Source: Selaginella moellendorffii (taxonomy: Eukaryota; Plantae; Lycopodiophyta). From it: DNA of 64,000 nucleotides. Shown piece after piece: positions 1-12,470 of the stretch. The stretch is from contig NW_003314264.1 of assembly GCF_000143415.4 (NCBI RefSeq), positions 2,985,710-3,049,709 on the forward strand, given 5' to 3'. Numbering within the stretch: the first letter of the stretch is position 1; every line of letters starts with the position of its first letter. The position numbers were made by a program, and so were the translations under genes. Below the pieces are notes generated by a model that saw only the letters and a program-made list of their open reading frames with translations, ran no database searches and was not told the DNA's origin.

Positions 1-1535
1 ACCTTGGACATTTGGATAGCACCTTCTATCCATCATTCGTTAGGGACTTAGTCCCTTGGGCTTTATCCATTGCCCTTGCGATATCAAACACCACCTTCTG
101 GTGTTCTAGAGTGTTCGGGTGTCCCAATGATGGCTTTCTTGACAATGAGTATTTCCTTTTATGACATTGACTTACTATATCGCAACACAAGCAACTTATC
201 CCCCGTAAGGGTATATCCAACTTCCCTATGCTATTAAGAAGTCTTGGGTAGCTACCTTCTACCCGTTTAACCAGTTATTTTGCACCTCTTGCTTAGTTGC
301 CTCATAGTTGTCAAGTCCTACAACTCATTGTTTGGTGCTTTCACACCTCCATCATTATCTGGGTCACCACACTCCAATTGCATGCTCTGCAGCTTAGGCT
401 ATGCCATTCCCATTTCCATTGGGATTCCTTTGGCAAGGGGTTCTCATGAACCCACCAACATAGCCTCAAGGTATCACACCTTGGCACATTTGGTGTCTCC
501 ACACCATCGGCTCCACGAGCCTACCTCTATGACATTTCCCCTTCGTGTCTAAGTCTTTGCCAAGACCAACACCGCTCTTTCTCATGCCAACCATCTGTTA
601 GCACTGCACCATAGAAGTCACACACAACTTTATGTCAAAGTTGTTTTCTTCTGAGAACACCTTTCCCACAACTTTAGCATGGCACATTTTGCCATCGATG
701 AGATACCCTCTGTTCTCATCCTTGGATCCTATGATCCCCCCCCCATCCTTTGTGGGGAACAACACACCTCAGTCCAAATGCTTCCATCAGTCCTTTTAGG
801 ACCATCCGTTGACTCTACTTGAGTCATCCAGCAGTTTTGGACTTGGTTAATCCACAGACCCGAAAGGTCCTACTTGTGAGGCACTAGCTCACTGGAATAC
901 ACTTCTTGCATTCCTGTCCTACTCAAAAGGACTATTTTCACAAGTGTTACTCTGACACTTGATTTTGTTCTCTGGGGGCAACCTTTGCCCCTTAGGACTA
1001 CTTGTCCATGTGATGAGAACATCAACTCATCCACTTAATACACCCCCAACTCCTTGGGTTGTTCCAGCATTTATTAGAGGTAGCCCCGGCTACCTTTTCA
1101 AGGACTTGAGTCCTCTTCCGTATTTGACCTCCCACGGTCATTACTTCTGGTCTCACATTCATGAGCACCAACCTCAACTATATGAGGAAAATCTTGTGAC
1201 TCCTTTATTGCTTTGGAGTCTTTATCTTTCCCGTGATCCCAACTGTAGTTGTTTACCACAACTACATTAGCCAGTTTGCTAAGTCAAATGCTCATCTGGA
1301 TCACATCCTCAACTCTTTGAGGAAAACCATATACTGTTCCCAAGATCCCAAAGTCGTTCCATTATTGGCCCTTTTCTATCCACCACCTCGTCTACAAGTT
1401 CACACATGAACTGTAATGGAGAGCCATGTCTTCCCGACTTGCTACTCCTCAAGGATAGGCCCACTCCTCGGACCTTCCGATGCCAACACTAGTGGTGATA
1501 TACTTGAGCACCAATAAAAGTCGGACTAAGGAACA

Positions 1536-1547
1536 GCTCCGATACCA
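1536..1547 (-). other. Primer binding site (tRNA-iMet type, TGGTATCGGAGC)
   Basis: 3 nt inside the LTR end; one mismatch to the canonical TGGTATCAGAGC. Confidence 0.85.
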
Positions 1548-1550
1548 AGT

Positions 1551-3340
1551 TGTAAGCGACTAAATTTTCCATTCTACTTTAGTCACTTAACCACACCTCT
1601 GACCACTTGGAGGAGTCTCATTCACAACCTCCATAAGTCCAATCCAGGACTTGGGACTTGCTAGCCCCGAGAATAGCATCCATGCCACTCAACATTTGCA
1701 CTTGGTCCAAGTGCTCCACGTGTCCGATCCCATGACCGACACTCAAAGGTACCACCGACATAGCAGCCCGTTACGCTAAGGCCATGCCCAATCACCTTTG
1801 CCACACTAGTAGTCCAATACCACTTGCATCACCGTCTTGGCTCTCCAAGACTAGGCAAACCATCCGTGAGTGGTCATCTCAGATCCACTCCTTAGCATCC
1901 TTAGGATGCCCACCGACAAGGGGAATAGCCTTCCCCAATATCCCTCTGTCAGTCCCCACTAAGTCCCTTTTCGCCCCTGGCCTTGTTTGCCAACACTGCC
2001 ACTGGATCGAGACCCACAGGCCCGACCACTAAGTCCCACGGTCCTCTGGGACTTCGTCACCACACGACTGTGTCCTTGGTCACTACCCTAGAGGACTGCT
2101 CCTCTTCCTTTCCACAGTCTGGGCCTTTGGGACAACATTTCGGAACACCGTGGCCTTACACGAGCCACCTGGGTACTCTCCTCGCCTTCTGCCCTTGGGT
2201 GCTCTAGCCATGGGCTTAGAGCGGGTTCCGTTGAGCCACACCTCGTATCTAAGTAGGTAGTGCCACCCACACTTGGACTGGGAGCATCGGCCAGTCGATC
2301 TCCCGGGGGAACTAGAGCCGGCTCTTGAACACTTCACCAAGCTACCCCGCTTGTCGGTCTGTGTTCACTCTAGTCTTGGACTTCCCAGTGGGCAGCTCAT
2401 CACCCAACACTGGGTCCGGCCTTCCTGGGCCAAACTAGCCTTTCCTGGCCAAACTGGCTCCACTGCAGTCCTCCCCCTACTATACTTTTGGAGCTCACCA
2501 AACCCCCCAGGGTCTGGGAGACGAACGCTTTGGGCTTTCACCCTCTCAGGCTCCGGACTCGGACTCGGACTCGGACTCGGACTCGGACTCGGACTCGGCC
2601 TCGGCCTCGGTCTCGGTCTCGGTCCCGATCTCGGTCTCGGTCTCGGTCTCGGTCCCGGTCCCGGTCTCGGTCTCGACTTCGGACTCGATCTCGGACTCCA
2701 TCTCGGACTCCATCTCGGGTCCATCTCGGACTCCATCTCGGGTCCATCTCGGACTCCATCTCGGGTCCATCTCGGACTCCATCTCGGGTCCATCTCGGAC
2801 TCCATCTCGGACTCCATCTCGGGTCCATCTCGGACTCCATCTCGGACTCCATTTCAGGTCCATCTCGGGTCCACCTCGGACTCCATCTCGGACTCCATCT
2901 CGCACTCCATCTCGGGTCCATCTCGGACTCCATCTCGGACTCCATCTCGGGTCCATCTCGGACTCCATCTCGGACTCCATCTCGGGTCCATCTCGGACTC
3001 CATTTCGGACTCCAACTCGGGTCCATCTCGGACTCCATTTCGGACTCCAACTCGGGTCCATCTCGGACTCGGACTCCACTTCGGACTCCAACTCGAGTCC
3101 ATCTCGGACACTTCCACGTGTCATGTGTTGGTCCTTTTGGGTCCCTTTTTGGAGCCTCGCCTTTTGCTCGCTTCGTGCTCGTTCCTCGAGCACTTCGTTG
3201 GGAGTTCCACTCCCGCTCTTGACTTTTCAAGTCGGAGCTTTTGGTCCAAACGTGTTACGCTCGTTTGGCTCTCGCTTCGGCCACTACCATGTGGCGCCCT
3301 TCCGGCTCCACTTTGGGGCCTAGGGATTTTGTGTCTCACA
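1551..3340 (-). repeat. Family A 5' LTR (~1.8 kb) with internal GAGATGGAGTCC/GAGATGGACCC and GAGACC/GAGTCC satellite
   Basis: TG...CA termini; matches the four other LTR copies in the window. Confidence 0.92.
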
Positions 3341-5628
3341 CAAAGTTAGGCCAAGAACACTAATGTGTTGGGTACTAACGGATTGTGGGAAAGGCAAAGT
3401 TTCCCTAATGGTGGATTCCCAACCGCTCCAATTTGGCGAAGTGGATGCTCCAAAGGGGGGAGCGGTAAGGTAGCCAAATAATAGGGCCGTGGGTAGCCTT
3501 AACACCAATTATGATAACTAAAACTTAGTGTCAAAGGTGGCACGATATCGGAGAGAGGATGATAGTATCCTCAAGTAAAGAACTTCCTAGGATAGGGAAG
3601 TGGAGTTGCACCATGTGCAACGTAAGGTGTCGGAGACACCTAGGAAATTGACTCTGAGAAGTCAAAACTAAAAGTTCCAAAGTGCAAGGTTATATCAATG
3701 GAATCTGAGACTACTCGAGGATGAGTAGTGGAATTGAGTTAGAGAGGGAGTCTCTAACGGGTTTAGTGAGAACTGAACCAATAAAAAGGAGCAAACCACC
3801 CCAAATGGTCGAATGAGTCTCTATGTTGGAGAGACTATGCTCCTTAAAGGATGGACAAGGCATGGTGCGCCTTTGGTGTCAAACCATAGACAAATATTGG
3901 CTGGGTGCCAAGGATGGAACTGGTAATACATGCGGGTGTTACTTTATAAGAGGGTTTACCATTCGATGAGGACATCAAACTTCATCTATGGGTGGTGGAG
4001 TTGTGAGACACAAAATCCCTAGGCCCCAAAGCGGAGCCGGAAGGGAGCCATGTGGTAGTGGCCAAAGCGAAAGCCAAACGAGCGTAACACGTTTGGACTA
4101 AAAGCTCCGACTTGGAAGGTTGAGAGCGGGAGTGGAACTCCCAACAAAGTGCTCGAGGAGCGAGCACGAGGCAACCAATAAACAAGGCTCCAAAAAGGGA
4201 CCCAAAAAGGACCAACACATATGTGGAAGTGTCCAAGATGGACTCCGAGATGGAATCCGAGGTGGACCGAGACGGAGTCCGAGATGGAGTCCGAGATGGA
4301 GTCCGAGATGGAGTCCGAGGTGGAGTCCGAGGTGGACTGAGACAGAGTCCGAGATGGAGTTCGAGATGGACCGAGATGGACCGAGATGGAGTTTGAGATG
4401 GAGTCCGAGATGGACCCGAGATGGAATCCGAGATGGAGTCCGAGATGGACCCGAGATGGACCCGAGATGGAATCTGAGATGGAGTCCGAGATGGACCCGA
4501 GATGGAGTCCGAGGCCGAGACTGAGACTAGGACCGAGACCGAGATCGGGACCGAGACCGAGGCTGAGGCCGAGTCCAAGTCCGAGTCCGAGTCCAAGTCC
4601 GAGTCCAAGTCTAAGTCCAAGTTCGAGTCTGAGAGGGTGAAAGCCCAAAGCATTCGTCTCCCAGACCCTGGGGGGTTTGGTGAGCTCCAAAAGTATAGTA
4701 AGGGGGAGGACTGCAGTGGAGCCAGTTTGGCCAGGAAAGGCCAGTTTGGCCCAGGAAGGCCAGACCCAGTGTTAGGTGATAAACTGACCACTGGGAAGTC
4801 CAAGACTAGAGTGAATACGGATCGACAAGCGGGGTAGCTTGGTGAAGTGTTCAAGAGCCGGCTCTAGTTCCCCCAGGAGATCGACTGGCCGATGCTCCCA
4901 GTCCAAGTGTGGGTGGCACTACCTACTTGGATACCTGGTGTGGCTCAATGGAACTTCGCTCTAAGCCCATGGCTAGAGCACCTAAAGGCAAAAGGCAAGG
5001 AGAGTACCCACGAGACCCGCGTAAGGCCATGGTGTTCCGAAATGTCGTCCCAAAGTCCCAGACTGTGGAAAGGAAGAGGAGTAGTGCTCTAGTGTGGTGA
5101 CCAAGGACACGGTCACACAGGGAGGAAGTCCTAGAGGACAGTGGGACTTAGTGGTCGGGCCCGTGGGCCTTGATCCAGTGGCAGTGTTGGCGAGCACGGC
5201 CAAGGACGAAAAGGGACTTGGTGGGGACTGGAATGGAGATATTGGGGAAGGCTAATCCCCATGTCTGTGGGCATCCTAAGGATGCTAAGGAGTGGATCTA
5301 GGATGATCACTCGTGGATAGATGGCCTAATCTTTGAGTGACGGGACTGGGATGCAGGTGGTGTTAGACCATCGTTGTGACTAAGGTGAATGGACATGGCC
5401 TTAGCGTAACAAGCTGATATGTTGGTGGTACCTTGGGGTGTCGGTCATGGGATCGGACACGTGGAGCACTTGGACCAAGTGCATAGGTTGAGTGGCGGGG
5501 ATGCCATTCTCGGGGCTAGTAAGCCCAAGTCCAAAATAGGACTTATGGAGGTTGTGAGTGAGACTCCTCCAAGTGGTCGGAGGTGCGGTTAAGTGACTAA
5601 AGTAAAATGGAAAAATTAGTCACTTACA
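3341..5628 (+). mobile_element. Older family A element: 3' internal remnant, PPT and 3' LTR (4002-5628)
   Basis: 3341-4001 aligns with ~53484-54181. PPT GGGTGGTGGAGT precedes TGTGAGACAC at 4002, and the LTR ends CACTTACA at 5628. More diverged than the other copies. Confidence 0.88.
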
Positions 5629-6227
5629 GGGTCCAGCAATACCGACCTCCTGCCATCATAGCAGTAAGAAAAGAGTGTTCGTAAGGACTGGCCGACAGAT
5701 AACTTTCAATACCCAAAGTCACATTCGCAACAATGGATGACTTGGTGTTAGTTTGTTTTCCCCATCTTACAGTACATGGTTTATCTAAGGGGCTCCTTGC
5801 TCAATGGAAAGGACTATATCGGGTGTTGTGGCAAATTGAACCATAAGTTTATAAGGTTCGGCATGATGTCCAATAAGCCGATCCTTCAGAAATTATACAT
5901 GTGCAACAGTTGAAACGCTTTGTACAAAGGGATCAGGAACAGTTAATACCACTTACAGATCTTTCGATGCCTCCTCCTGACGTTCCTTTAGATCCCAACC
6001 CATTTACAAGAGAACCCTAATAGTCTTCCATTATTCCGAGAGGAGGGGATGATCTAAAGTTCAAGTGTATATTACGATGTTATATACTAATATTTATATA
6101 GTGGGATTTTGGTTGCCATCAGATTGGTTTCAATTCGGACCACTCGCTTCTGTATATAAGCTAAGGTTTTTGGGCTAATTGATATGCACATTTTCTGTAT
6201 TCGCTTTCCATATTCTATGCACTCACA
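5629..6227 (+). mobile_element. Family B Ty3/gypsy 3' end: degenerate integrase C-terminus, PPT, short 3' LTR (~6053-6227)
   Basis: Translates to LLAQWKGLYRV-like integrase tail. GAGAGGAGGGGA PPT is present. The LTR ends GCACTCACA and matches 60602-60769. Confidence 0.75.
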
Positions 6228-6500
6228 GTTTTTGTTTTTTAAATTGTTTTTAAGTTTACAAAGAAAAGAGACATTTATAATTACTACTCATTTATAATCA
6301 TCCAACTCTATTTTACATTACAATTTAATTTTACTATGAATTTCAAATATAATCTCTTGATTGTGATCTTAAAAACTATGTTTATACTTATTATAATCGA
6401 TGGAACTTCATAAAATAATAATTTAACAAGTATTAAAATTTCAAATATTTCTTATAAAATATTTCAAAAGGTTTAGAATGTAAATAAACTAAATAAGTTT

Positions 6501-8340
6501 TGTGAGTACATGGAATATGGAAAGGGAATACAGAAAATGTGCATATCAATTAGCCCAAAAACCCTTACTTATATACAGGAGCAAATAGTCCGGATTGAAA
6601 TTAATCCGATAGCTACCAAAATCCCACTACGCTAATATTAGTATACAGTATTGTAGTGTATATTTGAACTTCATATCATCCCCTCCTCTCGGAATAATGG
6701 AAGACCATTAGGGTTCTATTATAGATGGGTCGGGATCTAGAGGAATGTCAGGAGGAGGCATCGGTAGATCTGTAAATGGTATTAACTATTCTTGATCCCT
6801 TTGTACAAAGCGTTTTAACCGCTGCACATGCACAATTTTTGAAGGATCAACATATTGGATGTTATGTCAAACTTCATAAATTTGTGGTTCAACTTGCTAG
6901 GACACCCAATATAGTCCTTTCCACTGAGCAAGGAGCCCCTTTGATAAACCATGTACTGTAAGATAAAGAAAATAAACTAACACCAAGTCATCCACTTTGT
7001 ACTCCATAGGTGGACGATGATGGGAGTTATAGCACTGTTGTTGTCCCACTTGTACGTGGCCTAAATGTTCAATAGACTCTGCTCAGACAAGTGGAAGAAT
7101 GCTTGTCAAATACTAATCCTATGACCTAGCATCGACAACTCGTGGTAATCACAAAGGTAAATCTAACTCCGTTAGTAATATTGGATCATAATTATATAGG
7201 AGTTTATATGGTGAAGCACTGATAGAACTTTACACCCTTGTGACGTATGCATACTAAAGAGATGGCAAATAACCATCCCAATTTGAATGCTAAAAGTTCA
7301 CGTACTTTGCGATTATTCCTTTGAATGTCTGAACAAGCTGTTCCACCAAACCATCTAACTGTGGATAATAAACATTTGTGAAAGTGTGGTGTATCCCCAA
7401 TCAAGATGTCAAAATATGAAATGCCTCAGCCATAAATGTGGGACTATTATCCGAAACAATCCATTCCAGACAAGAAACTTAGAATACCACTTAATTGAGG
7501 AGGAAGTATCTAATAACAATTGCAAAGGCACTAGCAAGAGCACCAACTTCCATCCGACAAGTCAAATAGTCAAAAACAATAATACCATATTCATTGCTAG
7601 TAATCAATCGTGGAAAAAGTCCCATAAGATCAAACCCCACTAGCTCAAATGGACGGGAAACTACAATTAACTCCAACCGTCCTTCTACGGCACAATGGGG
7701 AGTATTATAAACTTGGCACCAAACACAGCTACGCACATACCGGATAACATCTCTAGCCAATAAAAAAACTTGCACAACTTATCAGTCACATGACGATGTC
7801 CCATATGCCCGTTTAGAACAGGAGAATTATGGTAGGCATGGAGAAATCATAGAATAAAGACAGAAGGCACCAACCGTAAAGGATCATCAAGAACCATCCC
7901 TACAAAATAAAAAAGGTTGTCTTCAAGATAATATTAAGAATGTAAATGCTAGAATGGCAAGTCATCAGCAAGTGATGTAAAAATTCTCAAACCCATTTGG
8001 AAGCCTTCAAATCCATGGCTCAATATTTTGAGCCTTACAAACCTTATCAAGAAAAGGTAGATCTTGCTCTACACCTTGTGGACACTGAACATTAAGTATA
8101 GCAACTGCCAACGGCACAAAATCCTTATTGAGAAAATCTACAAATGTTGGAAAAATAGGCTCGTCAGAAACATGAGAAGAAAGTGAAGAAGAAAAGCTCG
8201 AGAAAAGGCATCAGCATCAGCCATAAAAGTCCTTGGGCGATGAATAACATTAAAATCATATATTTGAAGCTTTAAAGCCCACCAAGTAGTATGACCAACC
8301 AAGTTATTCCGCTTCAACTATTACAACCAAGTTACTATTA
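6501..8340 (-). mobile_element. Family B Ty3/gypsy remnant: RNase H end, integrase, PPT, short LTR (6501-6675)
   Basis: ORF 7491-7775 reads YVRSCVWCQ...RPFELVGFDLMG...IIVFDYLT (integrase zinc finger and core). An ALKLQIYDFNVIHRP...DADAFSR-like segment lies near 8200-8280. Many stops. Confidence 0.8.
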
Positions 8341-11300
8341 CAACTGTACAAAGTTAATATTTTTGGTTTTCTTTATTAGTCTTTGTCTAAGGTAGTTGAG
8401 AATCTAGTCATCATATATACACTTGACTAAAAGAGCATAAGAATGGAATTCCTAGATTATATTATCAAATATACTTGATTTGATTATAAAACTTGCTTAT
8501 TAATTTGCACTAGTTAAGTATTGAGAGCCATCACAATATTGAACTCAATCCCTTAATATTGCTAAATGATAGCTTATTGTGTACATTAATGTCAAGGGGC
8601 TAGAGTGTGTTTGTGAAATTCAAGATCATTAGTTTCCCTTTATTTTAGACTAAGTGTGATTAATTAGTGAGGGATTAATAATAATCTTAGGGTTGTGACC
8701 CTTTGTATCAATTGTGAGAAACAAAATACAAAAGAGAGCTTGATGGGAAGCAAAGAACAAATGGGTGATGTGATGGAGAGCAATGATGGCATTGCCAAAG
8801 AGGCCGGTGATGAGGAGCATGAACTTCTGAATGGCTGTAATGACAATTAGCATTGGAGTATGAGGAGGCTCAAGTCCCTAGGCAGCAATGATTTCTTTGT
8901 GCTTGCTCATTTTGGTGTTTAGAGTTTTCCTCCACAATTAAACACCTTTGCTATCATGCCTTATATATTAATTTTGGTTTCTCTAACTATTTCATAATTT
9001 AGTATAATTCTATATTTAATAAGTTTTTGAACTTGTCCTAGAGACTATCTCTTGGTTCTAGGGTGAGAGCCCAAAATGGGGGAAAGGGCAAAGGGTTATA
9101 AAAGGGGTTTCAAATGTATAGTAGGGATAATGGTTGAAAATATAATCAATTCTTAAAACATTAGTTTGGCTTCTACTAAGCTATATTGATTTTTATTTGT
9201 GTTTAGCTTAGGTCTAAACCCAAGCTCCATATTATGCTAGTTAGTGGGGTACCTACCTCTTTGTGTTAGGCTAGTGGTATATTAAAATTATGACAAACTT
9301 TCTACTATACTTGATATTATTTTATATACAAGAGCTAAATACAATGCTTGTAAAAGAATTGAGTGCATATCAAATCCCCATTCTGTAATGCAATGGCTTG
9401 GGATTTAATTCTAAATTCTTGTACACTCTATTTGGTATCAAAGTATTATCTTAGTGATTTCTATTCAACTTTTGTCAAAAATTTTAACTTCAATTGCATA
9501 TGTAAAGATTTTCCTAGAAGATCCATATTGACCTATATAGGATTAATTATATTGAATCATTTAGTAAGAATGTTGTATATATATTCATTTAATGATAAAG
9601 GCATATAAACAGCTAGTAAAATAGTGAAAATGAATCATATTGATGCTACTAAAACTTCAATACAAGTAAATTAAGAGGGGAAGAACTTAAGCCTATAGTT
9701 GCATTGCCATAGTGTACAGCTCAAGATATTAATATTGAGAAATTGTGAAAGGAAATTTGCAAATTAAAGGAGGAGAAAAAAAATAGAAAGAAAGAAGCAG
9801 GGGTAGTTAAACTTAAAATAATTAAACTTCTTTTTAAGTTTTGAGGATGATAAAGTTTTACAACCACCTTCAATTGTATGAATTTCAAAGTTCAAGTCAT
9901 CCAACTTCATAGGCATATGGGACTATCAGGTTTTGGAATATTAAGTTTATAATATAGCAAATTATTTCATAGTGGCAGATATAGATGATCATATAAAAGT
10001 TGCATAATCATGCTAAAATTTAGTAGTGCCAAATGTGTGTTGAGAAAAGGCATATTAGAAGCTAGATTAAGATGCAAACTCGTATTTATAAGGAATACTT
10101 ACCAAATGATTTTGGTCTTAAGATTCACATAGAGCTACATTAGTTAAAGCAATGTGGGGGCTTTATGCACAATATTAATGTTTTTGCTTAAAAATGCATT
10201 GTAATTACAAACAAAGATGTTAGGTGTTATTTCTTGAAAGGTTTACATTCACTTTCTCATAATAAAGTTTTGAAGTTTAAATTAAAGATATATTTAGAGT
10301 GTAAAAAGGTAAAAAGTAAATTGCCTTTAATGACTCACTCATGGAAGAATATCAACAATTATATGCTGACTTCAAACAAAAATAAGAATTTCAAGAATAA
10401 ACAAGGTGAACAAAAACAAAGAGTGGAAGGGGAATTTTACTCTAAAGATTCATAAATCACAGTTAATAAAGGTGATACTTAGCATTTGCCATCTACTTCA
10501 TTTAATCCTAAACCCTCAATTCTTTTATCTAGTGGGTGCAAGCAATAATAGTCTGTGAAGTTTGTTCATAGTAAAATAAGTAGTATGAGTTATTGTTTCC
10601 ACTGTTGAGAGGTAAAACATAAGTTCGTGGAATGTTGTAACAAGTATAAAATGAGATCTCACATTAATGTCATGAGGGAAAACAATAGTGGTGAAATTGA
10701 AGGGGTTGACGAATTAATTAATAAATACTATGAGGAAGAAGAGGTAATTTATTTTCCTTAAATTTTTTCCGTAATCAATGCAAACACTAATCTGTTATTG
10801 TATTTTATAAACTTTGTTTATGGAAATCAAATCCAAATGATAATTGACATAAGAGTTATATATACCATGATATCTAAAGAATTTATTAAGTTGTTAAGAT
10901 TGAAAGATGAGTAAATGTTTCTCATATAGTTTCAATTTGCAAAAGGTGGAAAAGTAGCCAAAAAAATTATGAATAATGTATTAATAAAGATATCCAAGTG
11001 GAAAGAAAAATTGAATTTAATAGTGTTAAAGATACCAAACTTTTAGATGATGTTTAATATGGATTTCTTGAACATATACTTGTTGAGTGGAGTTAAATGG
11101 AGTTGAATCATATTGAGGTTAAAAGGTTATTCTCATATATCCTTTTAGTTGCAAATCACTCATTGAGATATTAGAATGCTATGTTTTTAATAGCAAGAGC
11201 AACTAAAAAAACATTTAAAAAGAGATGTAAAACCTTTTAGTGTTGCAAATGTGACTTCGGGTATCGAAAGTTACTTGTCGACTGTCCTTTTGAAAATTCT

Positions 11301-11817
11301 TTCTTTACTACCATGATGGTAGGAGGTTGGTATTGCTAGACCTTTTATCAATCCCTCTTGTTCAAGTGTTAGTAAATTGAATTTTACATTTGTACTTGGC
11401 CGGATGAGCATAAAGAAGGGATTCCTAAGTGTCTATTTAGCCAAGCATATTTGGCCTGGCTTATTAATTCTCTTTTGCTCTATCTTGCACTGGCTTGGGA
11501 AGAACCCTCACATATTGAGACTAGTCCTTTAACATCGCTACATGATAGCTTACCATATCTACTAAACACCTTCACTATCATGTCTTTTGTGTTAGTCTCA
11601 TTTCAGTCCCAAATGTTATTTATGAAAAATGTCTAGATTCACTCATTTGGCATATCTACGGAATATAGAAATTGTTTTAAACACAATGGTATTTGTCCTA
11701 TGTCCAAATTCACAATCTAGAAACATTCCATATTTAATTCAAGCTTATTCTAGAGACTAACTCCTAGTATTAAAGGAAGCTTGGGGTGAAAGCCCAAAAC
11801 ATGTGTTCCTCAAGGGA

Positions 11818-12470
11818 CCATTTGCATCATCATGCCACTCTACAATTGCTGCTTCGTGCCATTCGTGCGCCGGATCACAGGGAACAAGCGAGGGATCACG
11901 ATGCTCCAGCACATCGGGATTGGCCAGGTCACCTCCACATCGCCGCGCTGGTGGAGATGAAGTGCTTGCAAGTGGCTAGGCAACATGGTCTGTTGGATTG
12001 CCCCCAAGCGACAGTCCCAATGAGTGCATTCTGGCTCTTGCCACAGTATGCCCTCACGGGAGTTTGTGAGGTTTTCATCTCCGCCGGCCAGAACAAGTTC
12101 TTCTATGATCAAGCCCCGGATTCCATGTGAAGCATTGGAGCTGCGCTCTATCTCAGCACCATCTCCATTGGGAGCTACATCAGCAGCTTGCTTGTGGAGA
12201 TGGTGGTCAAGTTTACAAGTACAAAAGGTGGTGGGGTTGACGGCAACTGGATCAATGACAATCTCAACAGGGCTCACATTGATTACTTCTACAAGTAATT
12301 TAAAAGGTTATGATAAATTTATTAGATTTTTTGAAAATAGGCAAAGAAAAAGGATGAAAACAATGATGAGGAGTTGGCTGCTGACTATTCTCAGCATCAT
12401 CAACCTTGGGATATATGTCTTGTGTGTGAGGTGGTATACTTACAAGCATGTGGGAGATATTGCAATTTGA
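11818..12470 (+). pseudogene. NRT1/PTR (NPF) transporter 3' fragment, frameshifted
   Basis: TVPMSAFWLLPQYALTGVCEVF...FFYDQAPDSM, then WINDNLNRAHIDYFY and YTYK motifs; frameshifts and an internal insertion. Confidence 0.85.

Larger units (their letters stand above)
1..3340 (-). mobile_element. Family A LTR retroelement (non-autonomous, LARD-like): 5' LTR plus start of the internal region, running off the window
   Basis: LTR 1551-3340 reads TGTGAGACAC...GTCGCTTACA on the minus strand, followed by a PBS. Positions 1-1550 are the reverse complement of 50082-51630. Inserted into the interior of another family A copy (flank begins CAAAG at 3341). Confidence 0.9.

Noticed and set aside
2273-3349. 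Long RS-, ESEM-, WSPR- and LGLGLG-rich ORFs in all frames (also at 4.0-4.8, 48.2-49.3, 54.1-55.3 and 60.9-61.8 kb)
   Set aside because: Artefacts of the stop-free LTR satellite, not SR or other proteins.
8340-11800. AT-rich region with hints of decayed retroelement gag or LTR
   Set aside because: No motif, terminus or second copy that I could verify.
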